From: Desulfovibrionaceae bacterium
Lineage (GTDB): Bacteria; Desulfobacterota; Desulfovibrionia; Desulfovibrionales; Desulfovibrionaceae
Reading direction: 5' to 3'
Length of the DNA stretch: 64,000 nucleotides
Assembly (NCBI GenBank): GCA_029008115.1
Contig: JAQXJC010000049.1
Coordinates: 27,818-91,817 of the forward strand
Position numbers and translations under genes: made by a program
In this document: in pieces, positions 58,850 to 64,000 of the stretch
Layout: the number at the start of each line of letters is the position of its first letter
Position numbering within the stretch: position 1 is the first letter of the stretch
The notes under the pieces: model-generated
Databases searched by the model: none
What the model was told of the DNA's origin: nothing
What the model saw: only the letters and a program-made list of their open reading frames with translations

Positions 58850-61306
58850 TCACTCGTCTTCGAATACCAGAGGGAAGACCTCGTCGTAGTGTCCGACGGG
58901 ATGCACGGTAATCTTTTCCAGCAAATCCGCCGGAATTTCTTCCAGGTCCTTAAGATTCTGCCGGGGGAGCAGAGCATGCCTGAGTCCGCGTGCCACGCCG
59001 GCAAGGATTTTCTCCTTGATGCCGCCCACGGGCAGAACGCGCCCCTGAAGCGTGATTTCCCCTGTCATGCAGGTGTCGCCGCGCACCTTGCGCCCGGTGA
59101 TGGCCGAAATCAGCGCGGTGGTCAGGGCAACGCCGGCAGAAGGCCCGTCCTTGGGCGTGGCGCCTGCCGGCACATGGACATGCAGATCGTGCGTTTCAAA
59201 GAAGTGGGGCTCCACATGCAGCGCCTCTCCACGGCTGCGGATGTAGCTCTGCGCCAGCTGCGCGCTTTCCTTCATGACATCGCCCAGCTGCCCCGTGAGC
59301 AGCAGACCGCCCTTGCCGGGCATGGGCGCGGCCTCCACGGCCAGCACTTCGCCGCCGGCGGGCGTCCAGGCCAGCCCCAGGGCCATGCCGGGCCGAAGAA
59401 TGCGCAGATCGTCGTCTTCCAGATACCGGGGCGCGCCCAGCAGGGCCTCCACGCCGGCAGCGTCCACACGGAAGGGACCGTGCTGTCCTTCGGCCTTTTT
59501 TCGGGCCAGCTTGCGGCATACGGAAGAAATTTCCCGCTCCAGATTCCGCAGGCCGGCCTCTCGGGTGTACTCGCGGATGATGCGCTCGATGGCGTCATCC
59601 TCCACCAGCGCTTCCGCAGGCTTCAGACCGGCATTCTTCAGCGCGCGCGGCAGCAGGTGCGCGCGGGCGATGGCCGCCTTTTCCTGCGCCGTGTAGCCGG
59701 AAATCTCAATGAGTTCCATGCGGTCGCGCAGCGGGCCGGGGATGGTGTCCACGCGGTTTGCCGTGCAGATGAACATGACCCTGGAAAGATCGAAGGGCAC
59801 GTTCAGATAATGATCGCTGAAGGAATTGTTCTGTTCCGGATCCAGCACCTCCAGCAGTGCGGATGAGGGATCGCCCCTGAAGTCTGTACCCAGCTTGTCC
59901 ACCTCGTCCAGCACGATGACGGGATTGCGGGTACCAGCCTGCTTGACAGCCTGAATGATGCGGCCGGGCATGGCCCCCACATAGGTACGGCGGTGTCCGC
60001 GAATTTCCGCTTCATCGCGCAGGCCGCCCAGCGAGAGCCGCTGGAACCGGCGGCCCAGCGCCCGCGCAATGGATTTGCCCAGCGAGGTCTTGCCGACTCC
60101 GGGAGGGCCGGCAAAGCAGAGGATGGCGCCCTTGGCGCCGGGATTCAGCTTGCGCACGCTGAGAAATTCAAGGATGCGCTCCTTGGCCTTGTCCAGACCG
60201 AGGTGATCCTCGTCAAGAATGTTCGCCGCATGCGGAATATCCAGTCTGTCGCGCGAGGCATTCTTCCAGGGCAGTTCCGCCAGGCATTCCAGATAGGAGC
60301 GCACGATGTTGGCTTCCGAAGAATCGCCGTGCATGCCGCGCAGGCGACGCAGCTGTTTGTCCGCTTCCCTGCGCACGTCATCGGGCAGTCCGGCCTGCTG
60401 TAGCGCGGCCGCCAGCGTCTCCAGATCATCCGGACCGTCCGCGCCGCCTTCTCCCAGCTCCTGGCGGATGGCCTTCATCTGCTCGCGCAGGAAGAACTCC
60501 TTCTGCGCCTTGTCCATGCCTTCCTTGGCACTGTGCTGGATGCGGGCCTGAACGGCGGCCACTTCCACTTCGCGCTGGAGGAGCCTGTTTACCAGCTGGA
60601 GTCGTTCCACGGCATCGGAGGCCTCCAGTATTTCCTGCGCGGCGGGGATGGCCATGCGGATATTGGCGGCCACCAGGTCCGCCAGCCGCCCCGGTTCCCG
60701 CACGCTTTGCAGGATGGAGCTGATATCGCCGGCGGGCAGGCCGCGCAGGGCCAGCACCTTTTCGCTCTGTTCGCGAACTGTGCGGAGCAGGGCCTCCAGC
60801 AGAGGGCTGTCTTCCGGGGTTGCTTCGTCGAGCATGTCCACGCGGGCTTCGAGAAAGGGCTCCTGGCGGACAAATTCCTCAATGCGCGCGCGGCTCACGC
60901 CCTGGGCCAGCACCTTCACCCGGCCGTCGGGCATTTTCAGCATGCGCATGATGTTGACCACCGTGCCCACAGTATACAGATCGTCCGGGCCGGGATTTTC
61001 CGTATCCTCTTGCCGCTGGGTGCAGATCATGAGGTGACGTCCGCGTTCCAGCGCGGCTTCCACGGCTCTGACGGATTTTTCCCTGCCGATGAACAGCGGC
61101 AGAATCATAGAGTTGAAGACTACCACGTCGCGGACGCTGAGCACGGGCAGCACGTCGGAGATATCATCCCCGTCTTCATCCAGTGCATTGTCCCGTTGCG
61201 CGGTACCGGCATCGTCGGCGGGGACGGGCGCGTCGGAGAGCGACTCCTGTCCGTCGTCGGTTTCGCGCCCGGCGAGCGCATCCAGCGTTTCGTCCTTGTC
61301 TGCCAT
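58850..61306 (-). CDS. lon: ATP-dependent Lon protease
   Basis: ATG 61306 with GGGAGA upstream, giving 818 aa. LON N domain, Walker A GPPGVGKTS, protease PKDGPSAG with catalytic Ser. Acidic roughly 55-aa N-terminal extension. Confidence 0.95.
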   Translation of the reverse strand: MADKDETLDALAGRETDDGQESLSDAPVPADDAGTAQRDNALDEDGDDISDVLPVLSVRDVVVFNSMILPLFIGREKSVRAVEAALERGRHLMICTQRQEDTENPGPDDLYTVGTVVNIMRMLKMPDGRVKVLAQGVSRARIEEFVRQEPFLEARVDMLDEATPEDSPLLEALLRTVREQSEKVLALRGLPAGDISSILQSVREPGRLADLVAANIRMAIPAAQEILEASDAVERLQLVNRLLQREVEVAAVQARIQHSAKEGMDKAQKEFFLREQMKAIRQELGEGGADGPDDLETLAAALQQAGLPDDVRREADKQLRRLRGMHGDSSEANIVRSYLECLAELPWKNASRDRLDIPHAANILDEDHLGLDKAKERILEFLSVRKLNPGAKGAILCFAGPPGVGKTSLGKSIARALGRRFQRLSLGGLRDEAEIRGHRRTYVGAMPGRIIQAVKQAGTRNPVIVLDEVDKLGTDFRGDPSSALLEVLDPEQNNSFSDHYLNVPFDLSRVMFICTANRVDTIPGPLRDRMELIEISGYTAQEKAAIARAHLLPRALKNAGLKPAEALVEDDAIERIIREYTREAGLRNLEREISSVCRKLARKKAEGQHGPFRVDAAGVEALLGAPRYLEDDDLRILRPGMALGLAWTPAGGEVLAVEAAPMPGKGGLLLTGQLGDVMKESAQLAQSYIRSRGEALHVEPHFFETHDLHVHVPAGATPKDGPSAGVALTTALISAITGRKVRGDTCMTGEITLQGRVLPVGGIKEKILAGVARGLRHALLPRQNLKDLEEIPADLLEKITVHPVGHYDEVFPLVFEDE

Positions 61307-61307
61307 A

Positions 61308-62012
61308 TTACAGTTCTCCCGTATCGTCGATGAGACCGCCGGCCGCAAGGCTGTAGCAGGCGGACGGCGTGACGATGACATGATCTAAAAAACGTATGCC
61401 CACGCCGGCGCAGAGTTTGTGCAGCAGCTGCGTGAGCTCCAGGTCGGGCGCGGAAGGGGCGGCATTGCCGCCGGGGTGGTTGTGGGCCAGGATGAAGCCC
61501 GTCGCCTTGGAACGCAGCACCACCTCCAGCGCATCGCGCGGCGTCATGGGCACATGCGCCGCATTGCCCCTTCCTATGCGTTCCCAGCCGAGCAGGCCGT
61601 TCTGGCTGTCCAGCAGGGCGGCCCAGCATTCCTCATGCGGGCAGGAGGCGAGCTGCACGCGGGCGATGCGCGCCACCGTGGCCGGGCTGGTCATGCGGAT
61701 GCGCTGCCGTGGCGGCGAACTGACATAGCGGGCCATGACTTCATGCAATAGCCGGAAAAGATTGTCCAGCCCCGCGCCGAAGCCGGGCATCTGCCGCAGC
61801 TCCTCGGGATGCGCATCCAGTACGCCGCGCAGACTCCCGAAACGGGCAAGCAGCGCCTTTGCCAGCGGTTTCGTATCTTTGCGGACAACGGCGCAGCTCA
61901 GCAGCATTTCCAGAAGTTCATAGTCGGGAAGAGCCTGCGGCGCTCTGGCGAAGCGTTCGCGCAGGCGGGCCTTGTGCCCGGCATGAGGGGAGACGGCATG
62001 TGCGTCAGTCAT
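61308..62012 (-). CDS. radC: RadC-family JAB-domain protein (UPF0758)
   Basis: ATG 62012, giving 234 aa. HhH-like N-terminus (LLEMLL), C-terminal JAMM-like HNHPGG...PS..D motif. The stop abuts the lon ATG. Confidence 0.85.
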   Translation of the reverse strand: MTDAHAVSPHAGHKARLRERFARAPQALPDYELLEMLLSCAVVRKDTKPLAKALLARFGSLRGVLDAHPEELRQMPGFGAGLDNLFRLLHEVMARYVSSPPRQRIRMTSPATVARIARVQLASCPHEECWAALLDSQNGLLGWERIGRGNAAHVPMTPRDALEVVLRSKATGFILAHNHPGGNAAPSAPDLELTQLLHKLCAGVGIRFLDHVIVTPSACYSLAAGGLIDDTGEL

Positions 62013-62042
62013 AAGTAAGCAGTCTCCAATGAAAGGCAAGCC

Positions 62043-63002
62043 CTAGCTGAAGAGGATGGTCAGTTCCCCCACCAGCGCGTCCAGGGCCTGCGCGGGAGAG
62101 CGCTCACCGGATTTTACCTGCCATTCGGCGAGCATGATCAGCTCAAACAGGCGGGAAAGGCCGTGCGTGCCCAGCCTGCGGGCCAGAGCCTGCTTTTGTG
62201 CGGCATCCGCGGGATGCAGGCGCACGCGCTCTCCGGCCAGCAGCTGCCAGAGAATGCGCGCCTCACGGGCGAGCAGGCCGAGGAAGGGGAAAAGCAGGCC
62301 GTCGTCATGGCGCTGGCCGCAGGTCACCTGCTCCCAGGCGCCGGCGGCATTGCCGGACTGGAGCAGGCGCATGAAATGAAAGATGTTGAACTCCGGCGCA
62401 TGGCCGGCAGAGGCTGCCATTTCCGCCGTGACGGGCTCGCCATGAAAGAGCGCAAGCTTGGCCAGTTCCTGCTCAATGGCGGCGGCATCGCAGGGCAGCG
62501 CGGCGCAGAGCTGTTCCAGAGCGCCCCGGGCAAAGACGATGCCCAGCTCCTGCGCCCGGCGGCGGACGTAGGCACGCACGGCATGCTCATCCAGCCCGGC
62601 GGAACGCCAGACCCAGCCCCGGCTGTCCGCAAAGGAGAGGCAGCGCAGCTTGCCGATGGCGGCGGGAACCTTGGGCTGTCCCTTTTCCCAGGGCACTTCC
62701 AGGCAGAGAAAGGGCCAGCACTGGGGATTGGGTGTGCCCAGCGCGGCGGAAATCCGCTTCCATGTGGCGGCCGGCATGTTCTGGGCATTGCGGATGATGA
62801 CGGCGCGCGGCGTGCCGAACAGGCCCTGAAGCGTGAGCTGCTCCCAGAATTGCGGGCCAGGCTCCTCATCTCCCCAGAAGACATGGCGCTCCCACGCCTT
62901 GCCGTCAGCTGGCTGACTGGCGTCCAGCAGGGCGGCGATATGCTCGCGGATGAGCTGCCCGTCGGGGCAGATGCAGAAGGTGAATCCGGGGCGTGCTGTC
63001 AT
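62043..63002 (-). CDS. holA: DNA polymerase III delta subunit
   Basis: 319 aa. Position downstream of leuS and a HolA-like pattern (FGTPRAVIIRNAQ...). Moderate sequence-level support only. Confidence 0.65.
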   Translation of the reverse strand: MTARPGFTFCICPDGQLIREHIAALLDASQPADGKAWERHVFWGDEEPGPQFWEQLTLQGLFGTPRAVIIRNAQNMPAATWKRISAALGTPNPQCWPFLCLEVPWEKGQPKVPAAIGKLRCLSFADSRGWVWRSAGLDEHAVRAYVRRRAQELGIVFARGALEQLCAALPCDAAAIEQELAKLALFHGEPVTAEMAASAGHAPEFNIFHFMRLLQSGNAAGAWEQVTCGQRHDDGLLFPFLGLLAREARILWQLLAGERVRLHPADAAQKQALARRLGTHGLSRLFELIMLAEWQVKSGERSPAQALDALVGELTILFS

Positions 63003-63070
63003 GGGACCTGCGGAAGAAGGGTGTGTGCACGGGCAGGGGAGAACGTGCCCCCCTGCCCGTGGTTCTGAAC

Positions 63071-64000
63071 TTAGCTGGCGACGATATTCACCAGCTTGCC
63101 GGGCACGACGATGACCTTGCGTATGGTCAGTCCGGCGGTGTGCCGGAGCACGCTTTCATCAGCGCGGGCCAGCGCCTCCAGGGCCGTTTTGTCGGAGCCG
63201 GCGGGGGCCTCCAGCGTGCCGCGCAGCTTGCCGTTCACCTGAAGGGCGATGGTGAGCATGTCCTGCCTGGTGGCCTCTTCCTGCCACTGCGGCCAGGGCT
63301 GGAAGGTAAGCCCCTCCCTGTGGCCCAGTTCCTCCCACAGTTCCTCGCAGAAGTGCGGCGTGACGGGAGAGAGCAGGGCAATGACCGTCGCCATGGCGGA
63401 GGAGAAGACCCTTGCCCCGCCTTCGCTGGCGCACAGCTCGCCGCGGCAGGCGTACATGGCGTTGACCAGCTCCATAATGGCGGCGATGGCCGTATTGAAC
63501 TGGAAGCGATCGCCCATGTCCTCGCCGGCCTTCTTTGCCGTGAGATGCTCCTTGCGGCGCAGATCGCGGGCGGCGGGGGTGCCGGCATCGGCGGCGGTGC
63601 TGGAGCAGGGCTGCACGGCGGAAAGGCTGGCGCGGGCGTCAACAAACAGCCGCCATACGCGGGACAGGAAGCGGGAGGCGCCTTCAATGCCGCTGTCGGA
63701 CCAGTCGAAGTCGCGTTCCGGCGGCGCGGCAAAGAGGCAGAACAGACGCACGGTGTCCGCGCCGTATTTGGCTATCATCTGGGTAGGATCGACGATGTTC
63801 CCCTTGGACTTGGACATCTTGGAACCGTTCTTCAGCACCATGCCCTGCGTAAGCAGGCGGGTGAAGGGCTCGTGCGTGTCCGCGGGCATAAAGCCGCAGT
63901 CGCGCAGGGCCTTGGTGAAGAAGCGGGAATAGAGCAGATGCAGGATGGCATGCTCCACGCCGCCGATGTACTGGTCCACAGGCAGCCAGTATTTCAGGGC
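63071..64000 (-). CDS. leuS: Leucyl-tRNA synthetase, C-terminal part (5' end outside the window)
   Basis: The frame is open to the window edge. It contains KMSKSKGN (class I KMSKS) and the LeuS anticodon-binding and C-terminal domains. Confidence 0.95.
   Translation of the reverse strand, partial: ALKYWLPVDQYIGGVEHAILHLLYSRFFTKALRDCGFMPADTHEPFTRLLTQGMVLKNGSKMSKSKGNIVDPTQMIAKYGADTVRLFCLFAAPPERDFDWSDSGIEGASRFLSRVWRLFVDARASLSAVQPCSSTAADAGTPAARDLRRKEHLTAKKAGEDMGDRFQFNTAIAAIMELVNAMYACRGELCASEGGARVFSSAMATVIALLSPVTPHFCEELWEELGHREGLTFQPWPQWQEEATRQDMLTIALQVNGKLRGTLEAPAGSDKTALEALARADESVLRHTAGLTIRKVIVVPGKLVNIVAS

Overview
High-GC window (judged by eye, not computed) that is almost entirely core genome. 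Gene content and order look like a Desulfovibrio-type deltaproteobacterium; this is an inference from fused LutB/LutA-type lactate dehydrogenase genes, a DsrMK-like module and tatBC-hisB-hisA-gua synteny. Left to right: (i) a lactate-oxidation locus on + (GlcD/GlcF-type D-LDH, LutC, fused LutB-LutA, LctP permease). (ii) A 15-kb minus-strand run: guaB-guaA-tatB-tatC-hisB-lipoprotein-hisA-orf86-mdtABC-half-size DMT. (iii) ffh-rpsP-KH-rimM on +. (iv) A block that looks inverted: mutM on +; then comEC, smpB, ptsI, ptsH, a IID-like gene, rsmI, yraN, rnhB, rplS, trmD on -. (v) A flavoprotein, EamA and MFS transporters, tRNA-Leu. (vi) A two-gene DsrM/DsrK-like membrane Fe-S module. (vii) The classical tRNA(Thr-Tyr-Gly)-tuf-rpmG-tRNA(Trp)-secE-nusG-rplKAJL-rpoBC cluster. 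(viii) prmC, lon, radC, holA and the 3' part of leuS. I saw no CRISPR array, IS element, transposase, integrase, prophage or recognisable defence genes. I cannot point to a convincing novel multi-gene system. The best candidates for follow-up are the orphan DsrMK/HdrED-like module next to rpoC, a TatC with a 222-aa N-terminal extension, a TrmD fused to a second putative SPOUT-like domain, a lipoprotein gene translationally coupled inside hisB-hisA, and the split of the conserved rpsP-rimM-trmD-rplS operon. The ORF track prints M for GTG/TTG starts (checked at 6247 TTG, 8582 TTG, 22095 GTG, 53614 GTG, 35462 GTG), so I re-derived many starts from internal ATG plus Shine-Dalgarno. The many kilobase-long ORFs antisense to conserved genes are treated as GC3 artefacts.
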